A DNA stretch of 64,000 nt, taken from an uncultured delta proteobacterium. Lineage in GTDB: Bacteria > Myxococcota_A > Polyangia > Fen-1088. Both the position numbers and the translations under genes were made by a program. This document shows positions 9,557 through 18,428 of this stretch, piece by piece; the stretch's first letter is position 1, and each line of letters starts with the position of its first letter. The notes under the pieces were generated by a model. It was given only the letters and a program-made list of their open reading frames with translations, did no database searches and was not told where the DNA came from. The stretch lies in NCBI GenBank assembly GCA_963737265.1, contig CAVTRY010000011.1, positions 128,001 through 192,000 on the forward strand, written 5' to 3'.

Positions 9557-11131
9557 ATGGCTATAGATTCCCCCGCCGCACCCGAGACCGTAACCGTCGT
9601 CATCGACGGACAGGAACACAAGTTTCCCAAGGGCACCAACCTTCTCGAGGCTTGCCAATCGGTCGGGGCGAAGATCCCGTTCTTCTGCTACCATCCGGGG
9701 TTGTCGGCACCCGCTATCTGTCGCCAGTGCCTGGTCGAAATCAAGGGTGCGCCCAAGCCGGTTCCCTCCTGCTACACCACCGTCGCTGACAAGATGGAGG
9801 TCAGCACGAGCTCGCCAAAGGTGCTCGATGTTCGCCGCCAGATGCTCGAATTCACGCTGCTCAACCACCCCGTCGACTGTCCAATCTGCGACAAGGCCGG
9901 CGAATGCAGTCTGCAGCGCCACTACTTCGACTGGGACGGCAAGCTGGCGCGCAACGAAGGTGACAAGGTTCGCAAGGCCAAGGTCGTCGACATTGGCAAG
10001 CACATCGTGCTCGATCAGGAACGTTGCATTCTGTGCAGTCGCTGCATTCGCGTGTGCGACGAGGTCGCCAAGTCCTCCGACCTAACCATGGCCTACCGTG
10101 GAAGCCATCAGATCCTGACCACCGCGCCGGGACAGCGCTTGGACAACCCCTATTCGCTCAACACCGTGGATGTCTGCCCGGTGGGGGCGCTGACCGCCAA
10201 GGATTTTCGATTTTCGCGGCGGGCGTGGGAACTGTTTTCGTCGCCGTCGGTGTGCCCTGGGTGCGCCACTGGGTGCAACATCGAGGTGCACACCTCGCGC
10301 GGAACGATTCGCCGGCTGGTGCCTCGTTTGAATCCCGCGGTCAACAAGCATTGGATGTGCGACGAGGGCCGTTTCGAGTACAAGGCCGTGCACGAAAACC
10401 GCCTGCTCTTGCCTACGGTGGGCGGCAGGCGCGCCATCCTGAATCAGGCGATGGCAGACGCCGCGCGACTGCTGCGGGGCGGGCTTGAGCGCGCGCCGGG
10501 CAGCGGGGGCGTGGTTTTTTCGGCTGGCGCCACCAACGAAGACACACATGCATTGGTGCGCCTGGCGCTCGACGGACTGAAGCTCGGGCGCGTCTATTCG
10601 GGTGGACGGCCGCCCGGCTGGTCGGACGCGATCTTGGTCAGCGCCGACAAGAACCCCAACCTGGCGGGCGTGCAGCGAATGGCACCGGCGCCACTGCGGA
10701 CTCTCACCGACCTGGCTGCGGATGTCGCGTCCGGCGCGGTGACGACCTTGCTGGTGCTTGGCAACGAAACCCTGGCGCTTCCGGCCGGCAAGCTGACTGC
10801 GCTTGTCGTATTGGCGTCGCACAAGGGTGCGCTGGTCGACGCCGCCGATGTCGTCCTGCCCGTGGCCACGTGGGCCGAGGTGGATGGAACTTTCACCAAC
10901 AAGGGCGGCCGCGTGCAACGCATCCACCCCGCCGTTCCCGTCACGGGCGAGGTCGTGCCGGCGTGGCGAGCGCTGTCGCTGCTCGCCGGCGAGCTCGGAG
11001 TGAACCTGGCCTTCGCGTCCGCCGGCGAAGTTTTCGCCGAGGCAGCCAGCCGCTATCCATTCATGAAAGAGGCGACCTGGGGACCGTCGAGCCCACCCGT
11101 TCAGTTGCGCTTTGGGGACTCAAGAGGCTAG
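9557..11131 (+). CDS. nuoG: NADH-quinone oxidoreductase subunit G (short form)
   Basis: CYHPGL..CRQC (N1b), HPVDCPICDKAGEC (N5), CILCSRC..CPVGAL (N4), CPGCATGC..C (N7), EVDGTFTN. Confidence 0.9.
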   Translation: MAIDSPAAPETVTVVIDGQEHKFPKGTNLLEACQSVGAKIPFFCYHPGLSAPAICRQCLVEIKGAPKPVPSCYTTVADKMEVSTSSPKVLDVRRQMLEFTLLNHPVDCPICDKAGECSLQRHYFDWDGKLARNEGDKVRKAKVVDIGKHIVLDQERCILCSRCIRVCDEVAKSSDLTMAYRGSHQILTTAPGQRLDNPYSLNTVDVCPVGALTAKDFRFSRRAWELFSSPSVCPGCATGCNIEVHTSRGTIRRLVPRLNPAVNKHWMCDEGRFEYKAVHENRLLLPTVGGRRAILNQAMADAARLLRGGLERAPGSGGVVFSAGATNEDTHALVRLALDGLKLGRVYSGGRPPGWSDAILVSADKNPNLAGVQRMAPAPLRTLTDLAADVASGAVTTLLVLGNETLALPAGKLTALVVLASHKGALVDAADVVLPVATWAEVDGTFTNKGGRVQRIHPAVPVTGEVVPAWRALSLLAGELGVNLAFASAGEVFAEAASRYPFMKEATWGPSSPPVQLRFGDSRG

Positions 11132-11147
11132 ACCGAGAGACTAGACA

Positions 11148-12287
11148 ATGTTGGGGAACATCTTTCAATTCGCCTCGCACATCCTGCCCTACGGGTCCGA
11201 TGGCTTCGTTGCCGTCACAGCCTTGCTCAAGATCGTGTTTTTCGTTCTTCTCTTCACCATGCCGCTGGCTGGGATTCTGACCTGGATGGAACGCCGTCAG
11301 TCCGCGATGATGCAGGATCGCGTCGGACCGAACCGTGCCAACCTCGGGCGATTCACGTTGTGGGGAATTCCCCATTTCGTGGCCGATGCCATCAAGATGA
11401 TTTTCAAAGAGGACTTCATTCCGCCCAAGGCGAACAAGCTCCTCTTCGCGTTGGCACCGGTGATGGCGCTAATGCCGGTTCTGCTCGCCACCGCGATCAT
11501 TCCATTCGGCGCGCCGCTATGCTTTGGCCGCATGACCGAGGCGGTTGCCAGCGGCACCTGCGCAGCGCCCGTCGATCTGCAAGCCGCGCACCTTGACGTC
11601 GGGCTGCTGTTTTACTTCGCCATTTCGTCGCTGTCCGTGTATGGCGCTGCCCTGGCAGGCTGGGCGTCGAACAACAAATGGGCGCTCATGGGCGGCATGC
11701 GCGCCTCGTCGCAGATGATGTCTTACGAGGTGACCATGGGCATGGCGGTGATGGCCATGTTCCTGGTGTACGGAACACTCGAACCCGGCGCGATGGTGAA
11801 TGCGCAGGGCAACTGGCCCTGGCAGTGGGGCATCGTCGGCGTTCCCCATGTCATCGCGTTCCTGTTGTTTCTCACGGCTTCCATCGCCGAGAGCAAGCGC
11901 ACGCCCTTCGATATCCCCGAGGGTGAATCGGAAATCGTCGGCTACTTCGTCGAATACTCAGGTATGCGCTTCGGCATGTTCTATCTCGGCGAGTTCGTGG
12001 AAATCATCACCACCAGCGCCATCATGATCACCGTCTTTTTCGGTGGCTGGCGCTTTCCCGGAGCCGATCATCTGGCGGCCAGCCTACCCAACATTCTCTT
12101 CGTGCTGGTGAGCGTCCTGGTTTGGTCGTTGAAGGTTTTCTTGTTCTGCGCCTTTCAGCTGCTCATTCGCTGGTCGCTGCCACGTTTTCGCGCCGACCAA
12201 TTGTTGCGTCTCGGCTGGCAGCGCCTTCTGCCCATTTCGATTGCGAACGTGGTCCTGGCTGCGGCCTGGATCCTGCTGCGAATGTAG
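11148..12287 (+). CDS. nuoH: NADH-quinone oxidoreductase subunit H
   Basis: ERRQSAMMQDRVGPNR, ADAIKMIFKED, RTPFDIPEGESE, EYSG, LPRFRADQL. Confidence 0.96.
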   Translation: MLGNIFQFASHILPYGSDGFVAVTALLKIVFFVLLFTMPLAGILTWMERRQSAMMQDRVGPNRANLGRFTLWGIPHFVADAIKMIFKEDFIPPKANKLLFALAPVMALMPVLLATAIIPFGAPLCFGRMTEAVASGTCAAPVDLQAAHLDVGLLFYFAISSLSVYGAALAGWASNNKWALMGGMRASSQMMSYEVTMGMAVMAMFLVYGTLEPGAMVNAQGNWPWQWGIVGVPHVIAFLLFLTASIAESKRTPFDIPEGESEIVGYFVEYSGMRFGMFYLGEFVEIITTSAIMITVFFGGWRFPGADHLAASLPNILFVLVSVLVWSLKVFLFCAFQLLIRWSLPRFRADQLLRLGWQRLLPISIANVVLAAAWILLRM

Positions 12288-12298
12288 ACAAGACGGGC

Positions 12299-12862
12299 AT
12301 GGCAACCACGGTCAAAACCGTTTCTCGCCCCGCCGGCCTTCGCCGGCACACCTATCTCATTGCCATCGCGGAAGGTCTTTGGGTCACGTTTCGCCATCTG
12401 ATGCGCAACTGGATCGGCAACACGCTTGGCCGTCGTGGCAAGACGGACATCGCGACGCTCTCGTACCCAGAGGAAAAGAAAGCCTATCCAGAGCGCAACC
12501 GCGGCCTGCATCGTCTGATGAAGCGCGCGGATGGCGAGGTGCGCTGCGTGGCCTGCATGATGTGTCCGACGGTGTGCCCGGCCCATTGCATCACCATTGT
12601 GCCCGAGGAGTCGCCCGACGGTGGCATCGAGAAGCGACCGCGCATTTTCGAAATCGACGAGCTCCGCTGCGTGGTGTGCGGCCTGTGCGTCGAGGCCTGC
12701 CCTTGCGACGCGATTCGCATGGACACGCACATCCACGCCTGGCCGACCACCCGTCGGGCTGACGCCATCTTGGACAAGGAAGAGCTGCTTTCTCGCGGCG
12801 GTCCCTCGACCGCGACCCAGGGTGGCGTGGGTCCGTTCTGGCGTGAGAAGGTCAAGCCCTAG
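12299..12862 (+). CDS. nuoI: NADH-quinone oxidoreductase subunit I
   Basis: TLSYPEEK, RGLHRL, CVACMMCPTVCP and CVVCGLCVEACP. Confidence 0.94.
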   Translation: MATTVKTVSRPAGLRRHTYLIAIAEGLWVTFRHLMRNWIGNTLGRRGKTDIATLSYPEEKKAYPERNRGLHRLMKRADGEVRCVACMMCPTVCPAHCITIVPEESPDGGIEKRPRIFEIDELRCVVCGLCVEACPCDAIRMDTHIHAWPTTRRADAILDKEELLSRGGPSTATQGGVGPFWREKVKP

Positions 12863-12875
12863 AGCCTGGACTAGG

Positions 12876-13871
12876 TCAGCTAAGCCAGCTAGCGAGTCGT
12901 CCGGCGATCTCGACCAGCCTGTCCATGGTCGCGTCGAGTATCGGATCCACGACCTGGCGCAAGGGATCGGCGTCATAGTAGGCCACGATTTCTTCGGCTC
13001 CGCGCGAGAAGGGGATGGTGGCTTGCCAGCCGGGAACCAGGCGCTTCACCTTGCTGTTGTCGAAGATCATGCTGTGGCTCTTGTCGCCGAGCAGGCTGTC
13101 ACCCCAGTCGCGATCGACTTTGGCGATGACCTTGGAGGGCAGGTGTACGAGGTCGGCCTTGGTTTCCGCGGCCGTGGCGACGATGTGGTGAAGCTGATTC
13201 CAGCTCAGCCATTCATCGGAGGTGATGTGGAAGGCGTCGCCGATGGTGCGCGCGTTGCCGAGAAGGGCGACGAAGGCGCGGGCGAAGTCTTGGTGATGGG
13301 TGAGGGTCCACAGCGAGGTGCCGTCGCCGTGGACCACGACCGGCTTGCCCTGGCGCATGCGATGAACCACGGTGTAGCCGCCATGAAAGGGAAACAGCGT
13401 GCGGTCGTAGGTGTGCGAGGGGCGGACGATGGTGAAGGGGAACTTGTCGCGTCGGTAGGCGGCCAGCAGGGCTTCCTCGCAAGCGGCCTTATTGCGCGAA
13501 TATTCCCACACCGGATTGTCGAGCGGAGTGGATTCAGTGACGGGCAGGCTGTTGGGCGGCGTCTGGTAGGCCGAGGCCGAGCTGATGAAGACGAACTGAC
13601 CGGTGCGCCCGCGGAAGAGCTCGAGGTCGAGCGCGATGTGCTCGGGCGAAAAAGCCATGAAGTCGACGACGGCGTCGAAGTGTTGATTGCCAAGAGCCGT
13701 GCGCGCCGAGGCGGGATCCCTGATGTCGCCCACCAGCACCTTGACCGCCAGCGGAACCTGCCGCGCTGTCTTGCCGCGCCGCAGGTGAAAGAGCTGAATG
13801 CCGGCCTCGACCGCGACGCGAGAACAAGCCGAGCTGATGACGCCGGTGCCGCCGATGAATAGAACCTTCAT
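12876..13871 (-). CDS. NAD-dependent epimerase/dehydratase (extended SDR)
   Basis: FIGGTGVIS, FISSASAY, YSRNK, RPSHTY. Confidence 0.9.
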   Translation of the reverse strand: MKVLFIGGTGVISSACSRVAVEAGIQLFHLRRGKTARQVPLAVKVLVGDIRDPASARTALGNQHFDAVVDFMAFSPEHIALDLELFRGRTGQFVFISSASAYQTPPNSLPVTESTPLDNPVWEYSRNKAACEEALLAAYRRDKFPFTIVRPSHTYDRTLFPFHGGYTVVHRMRQGKPVVVHGDGTSLWTLTHHQDFARAFVALLGNARTIGDAFHITSDEWLSWNQLHHIVATAAETKADLVHLPSKVIAKVDRDWGDSLLGDKSHSMIFDNSKVKRLVPGWQATIPFSRGAEEIVAYYDADPLRQVVDPILDATMDRLVEIAGRLASWLS

Positions 13872-13903
13872 GGGTCCAGTTCTACCGCAGACCGGCCAGA
13901 AGA

Positions 13904-14027
13904 TTCACCACAGAGACGCAGGAGGGCGCAGAGCCCAGAGAAAGAAAGGTCTCCGGATCCAGATCCGGACCCTTTCCATCCCTCCCGGCTCCGCCGACTC
14001 TGTGCCCTCTGTGCTCTCTGTGGCGAA
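13904..14027. repeat. Dispersed palindromic repeat, copy 1
   Basis: TTCACCACAGAGA...TCTCTGTGGCGAA terminal inverted repeat with inner TCCGGATC/GATCCGGA hairpin; second copy at 47578-47690. Confidence 0.85.
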
Positions 14028-14034
14028 CTTCCGG

Positions 14035-16113
14035 CTACTCGTCTTCCTCAGCCGCCATCTTGGAATCGGCTACGACCTTCTCCATCAGATGACCGGGCAG
14101 CTCGTCATAGTGCGAGAACTCGATGGTGAAGGAACCGCGGCCACCGGTGATGGAGCGCAGATCGGACGAGTATTTCATGGTTTCGGACATGGGCACCACG
14201 GCGCGGATGACCTCGCCCTTGCCGGTCGAGTCCATGCCTTCCACGCGACCGCGCCGATGGTTGAGATCGCCGATGACGTCGCCCATGCAGTCGCTGGGAC
14301 AGGTAATCTGCAACTTCATGACCGGTTCCAGCAGGCAGGGTTTGGCCTGTTTGAACGCGGTCTGGAAGCCTTTCGAGGCCGCGATTTCGAACGACCGCGC
14401 GTCCGAGTCGACGTCGTGGTACTTGCCGTCAAACAGGCGAACTTTGACATCCGTCACGCGGTAGCCGGCGATAACCCCTCTGGTCATGCGGTTGCGCATG
14501 CCCTTTTCCACCGCGGGAATGAACTGGCGTGGCACCGAACCGCCCACGATGTCGTCGACGAATTCGAAGCCGCCGCCGTGGGGCAGGGGTTGCATGTCGA
14601 TGTACACCACGGCGTATTGGCCGCGACCGCCGGTCTGTTTCTTGTGCTTGCCCTCGATGTTCTGCGCGGTCCCCTTGATGGTCTCGAGGTACGGCACTTT
14701 GGGTGCGTGCAGCTCGACCTCGACGCCCATGCGGTGCAGACGATCCACAATGGCCTCGACGTGGATCTGGCCCGTGCCGCCGAGCAAGATCTCCTTCGAC
14801 TGCGGATCGTGGCTGACCTTGACGGCGACGTCCGAGTCGACGATTTCGTTCAGCTTCACCGCCAGCTTGTCTTCGTCGGCCTTGCTCTTGGGGTGCAGGG
14901 CATAGGTGATTAGGGCGGGTGGAATGGTCGGCCGGGGCAGGGCGAAGGGGGCTTTTTCGTCGGCCAAGCTGTCGCCGGTCTTGGTCATCTTCAGCTTGGC
15001 CACGGCCACGATGTCGCCGGGGAACGCCTCGGCCACCGCCTCGCGCGCCTTGCCTTGCAGGGCATAGAGCTGACCGAAGCGCTCCTTGGTGTCGTGGTTG
15101 ACGGAAACCAGGGTGGCGTCGCTCTGCAACTTGCCCGAGAGCACGCGCAGAATCGATAGACGGCCGATGTCCGAGGAAGCGGTCTTCCAGACGTAGGCAG
15201 CCACGGGTGCGTTGGTGTCGGGCGCCTGTTCGGCAGGGGCGCCATTCAGCGTACCTTTCCAGGCCGGGCGTTCGGCGGGCGAGGGCAGGATGTCGACGAC
15301 GAAGTCGAGCAGGGTTTGGATGCCCACGCAGAGAGCTCCTGACGTCGCCAGCACGGGCACGATGGCGCGCGAACGCACGCCACGGGAAAGGCCCAGGCGC
15401 GCCTCTTCGTCGCTGAGCGCACCCGATTCGAGGTACCTTTCCAGCAGGGCGTCGTCGGCCGAGGCGATGGCCTCGTGCAGGACCTCGCGCGCCTTGCGGG
15501 CGGCGTCGAGCATGTCGGCCGGTACCTCGCCGACGGAAACCTCGCGCCCCTCGTTGGAAAAGCGCACGGCCTTCATGGTCATGAGATCCACGACGCCTTC
15601 GAAGGCGGTTTCCTGGCCGATGGGCAATTGCACCGCGACCGCCTTGGTCGACAGGCTGTTGCGGACATTGTCGAGCGCGGTGTGAAAGTCGGCGTTGTCG
15701 CGATCGAGTCGGGAGACGACGATGCACCGGGGCAGCTCCAGCTCTTCCGCCATTTCCCAGGTCCGCCCGGTGTAGACCTGCACGCCGTCGTTGGCGGAGA
15801 CGAGTAGCACAGCGGCGTCGGCGACGTCGAGAGCGATGCGCGTCTCGACCAGGAAGCTGCCGTTGCCGGAGGTGTCGATGAGGTTGATCTTGCTCTTCTT
15901 CCATTCGACGTGGCCGACCGCGGCCGAGATGCTGGTCTTGCGCTTGTGCTCCTCGGGCTCGAAGTCGAAGGTCGACGTGTCGTCGTCAACCCGGCCGAGG
16001 CGCTGATTCGTCTTCGTGCAGAAGAGAATGGCCTCCGCCAGAGTGGTCTTGCCCGCGCCACCGTGGCCAATCAGCGCAATGTTTCGGATCTCGTTCGCCG
16101 CGTAGCTCTTCAT
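14035..16113 (-). CDS. fusA: Elongation factor G paralogue (EF-G2 type)
   Basis: GHGGAGKTT, DTSG, GQIHVE, KKQTGGRGQY, DGKYHDVDS, LRSITGGRG. Confidence 0.92.
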   Translation of the reverse strand: MKSYAANEIRNIALIGHGGAGKTTLAEAILFCTKTNQRLGRVDDDTSTFDFEPEEHKRKTSISAAVGHVEWKKSKINLIDTSGNGSFLVETRIALDVADAAVLLVSANDGVQVYTGRTWEMAEELELPRCIVVSRLDRDNADFHTALDNVRNSLSTKAVAVQLPIGQETAFEGVVDLMTMKAVRFSNEGREVSVGEVPADMLDAARKAREVLHEAIASADDALLERYLESGALSDEEARLGLSRGVRSRAIVPVLATSGALCVGIQTLLDFVVDILPSPAERPAWKGTLNGAPAEQAPDTNAPVAAYVWKTASSDIGRLSILRVLSGKLQSDATLVSVNHDTKERFGQLYALQGKAREAVAEAFPGDIVAVAKLKMTKTGDSLADEKAPFALPRPTIPPALITYALHPKSKADEDKLAVKLNEIVDSDVAVKVSHDPQSKEILLGGTGQIHVEAIVDRLHRMGVEVELHAPKVPYLETIKGTAQNIEGKHKKQTGGRGQYAVVYIDMQPLPHGGGFEFVDDIVGGSVPRQFIPAVEKGMRNRMTRGVIAGYRVTDVKVRLFDGKYHDVDSDARSFEIAASKGFQTAFKQAKPCLLEPVMKLQITCPSDCMGDVIGDLNHRRGRVEGMDSTGKGEVIRAVVPMSETMKYSSDLRSITGGRGSFTIEFSHYDELPGHLMEKVVADSKMAAEEDE

Positions 16114-16305
16114 GGTTACCTTTCTTCAGGTGCACATCAGGAGATTCACGACCCCGACCCGCCCACACTTCATCTGTAACACTTCTAAAACACCTGCGTG
16201 ACGAAGTCGAGACGGGCAAGCAGGCAAGCATGCGATAGTCATGTGCGGAACAGGAAAAGCTGGAATTGCAAGCGCGATTCCTCACCCGGTGGGTGAAAAC
16301 GTTGG

Positions 16306-17688
16306 CTAAACGGTGCGCGAAAAGACTGGCTCCTTGGCGGAGAGCTTGGCCCCAAGGTGGGCGTCGAAACACATGGCCAGGTTGCGCACGAAGACCTGGC
16401 CGAGGCCAATGGCACGTACGCCGCTGTCGTCGATCTGGCACATGCCGTCGGCAACGAAGGGCAGAAGCTTGGCCAGGGATTCGCGTAAGTAGTCGGCGAA
16501 CACGATGCCGTGTTTGCCCTCGATGGCCCGGCGGTCGACGACGAAGTTGCACATGAGCGCGTGGATCACGTCGCGGCGAATTTCGTCGTCGGGCGTGCGC
16601 TGATAGCCCCGCGCGACGGGCAGGCGCCCTTGGTCGAGCATGGCGTAGTAGTGCACGAGCTTCTTTTCGTCTTGCACCAGCGCCCCGCGCATATCGCCGA
16701 TGGCCGAGACGCCGAAGCCAATCATGTCCGGGCCTGCCATCACAGTGTAGCCCATGAAGTTGCGCTGCAAGCGACCCTCGCGCTGGGCGACGGCCAGCTC
16801 GTCGCTCGGCAGCGCGAAGTGGTCCATGCCGATGGCCTGGTAGCCGGCGGCCATGAAGCCCTCGCGCGCGATGGCGAGCAGGGCGAACTTATTGTCGCGC
16901 GCAGGCAGCAGCGGCAGGACAATCTGGCGCTGGTGGCCGCGCTGATTGGGCAGGTAGGCGAACGAATAGACCGCGATGCGATCGGGTTTGAGGGCGATGG
17001 TTTGGGCTACGGTGCGGGCAAAGGTTGCCGGCGTCTGGTTGGGCAGGCCGTAGATCAAATCCATATTGACCCCGGAAAACCCCTGCCGGCGCGCATTCTC
17101 GGCCAGCTCCGCCGTGGATTCGAGCGATTGCTCGCGCCCAATGGCTTTCTGTACCTCGGGATCGAAGTCCTGCACGCCAATCGAAATGCGAGAGAAACCA
17201 AGGCCGGCGAGGGCATCAATGTGCGCGGACGTCGTCACGCGCGGATCCACCTCGATGGCACGTTCGGCGTGGGGCAAAAACTCGAAGTGGCGCTCGAAGC
17301 CGCGTACGAGTTGCTCCAATTCTTCTGGCGTCAGGTAGGTCGGGGTGCCGCCGCCCAAATGGAATTGCGCCACTTGGCGCCGGTCGGGCAAAAGCTCGGC
17401 TACTCGCCCCATCTCGACCAGCACATGGGCGAGGTAGGGCGCCGCGACCTCGTGGCGCGCGGTCGCGAAGGTGTGGCAGCCGCAAAACCAGCAGCGCGCG
17501 ACGCAGAACGGAAGATGGGTGTAGACCGAAAGAGGGGCGTTGCCTGCCTGGTTGGCCGTCGCCAGCGATCTTCGGTATTCCGCCTCGCCGAATCCCGCAT
17601 GAAAATCCACCGCAGTCGGGTAGGAGGTGTAACGAGGCCCGACGGAATCGTAGCGGGCCAAGAGCTCGGCGGGTACGGCCTTTCGCAT
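16306..17688 (-). CDS. hemN: Oxygen-independent coproporphyrinogen III oxidase
   Basis: GPRYTSYPTA, HLPFCVARCWFCGC, GGGTPT, IGMDHFA, RNFMGYT. Confidence 0.96.
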   Translation of the reverse strand: MRKAVPAELLARYDSVGPRYTSYPTAVDFHAGFGEAEYRRSLATANQAGNAPLSVYTHLPFCVARCWFCGCHTFATARHEVAAPYLAHVLVEMGRVAELLPDRRQVAQFHLGGGTPTYLTPEELEQLVRGFERHFEFLPHAERAIEVDPRVTTSAHIDALAGLGFSRISIGVQDFDPEVQKAIGREQSLESTAELAENARRQGFSGVNMDLIYGLPNQTPATFARTVAQTIALKPDRIAVYSFAYLPNQRGHQRQIVLPLLPARDNKFALLAIAREGFMAAGYQAIGMDHFALPSDELAVAQREGRLQRNFMGYTVMAGPDMIGFGVSAIGDMRGALVQDEKKLVHYYAMLDQGRLPVARGYQRTPDDEIRRDVIHALMCNFVVDRRAIEGKHGIVFADYLRESLAKLLPFVADGMCQIDDSGVRAIGLGQVFVRNLAMCFDAHLGAKLSAKEPVFSRTV

Positions 17689-18420
17689 CTATTTCCTTTC
17701 GACCACGACCAGAACTTCCTCGGCCACCAAGTCGTCGTCGGGACGCAGCTCGCGCGGGACACCTTCGACCAGAGCGTACCCCGACACGATGTGAACCCCG
17801 TTCGACTCTGTCCAGTCTAGCAAGTCGCGCAAGGTGAGCAGGTGAATGTTGGCCGACTCGTACCAATGATAGGGCAGGCGGTCGGTCACTGGCATCCGGC
17901 TGTGCGCCGCCAGATCCACAACCACCCGGTAGTGGGCAAAGTTCGGGAACGATACGATGCCGCGCTTGCCGACGCGCAACATTTCATCGAGCACCCCGCA
18001 CGGGTCCTGCAAGGTTTGCAGGGTCTCTTCCAGCACCACGACATCGAAGGTCTTGTCGGGACACCAGCGCAGGCCGGCGCCCAAATCGGCCTGAATCACC
18101 GGCACGCCGCGATCCACGCAGGAAAAAACCTGATCCGCGTCGATCTCCACGCCTTGGCCGCGCACGTTGCGTTCTCGCATCAGGCGTTCAAGCAGAAAGC
18201 CGTCGCCGCAGCCAAGGTCGAGCACGCTGGCGCCAACCGGGATTTCGCGCGAGATGACTTCCTCCTGCCAGCGCGTCTCGGCGGATTCCTCCGCGCGGCG
18301 GCTGACATGCGCTTTCACCAAGGCGACGATTTCGGAGGCGCGGCGTTCGAATAATCCTTCCGGTAGCCGAGCCAGGCCGCGGTCAGTGATGAGATTTCGA
18401 TCAGCAAAGGGTTGGGTCAT
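17689..18420 (-). CDS. metW: Methionine biosynthesis protein MetW
   Basis: VLDLGCGDG, IVSFPNFAH, LPYHWYESANIH; adjacent to metX. Confidence 0.9.
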   Translation of the reverse strand: MTQPFADRNLITDRGLARLPEGLFERRASEIVALVKAHVSRRAEESAETRWQEEVISREIPVGASVLDLGCGDGFLLERLMRERNVRGQGVEIDADQVFSCVDRGVPVIQADLGAGLRWCPDKTFDVVVLEETLQTLQDPCGVLDEMLRVGKRGIVSFPNFAHYRVVVDLAAHSRMPVTDRLPYHWYESANIHLLTLRDLLDWTESNGVHIVSGYALVEGVPRELRPDDDLVAEEVLVVVERK

Positions 18421-18428
18421 GGTGACTC

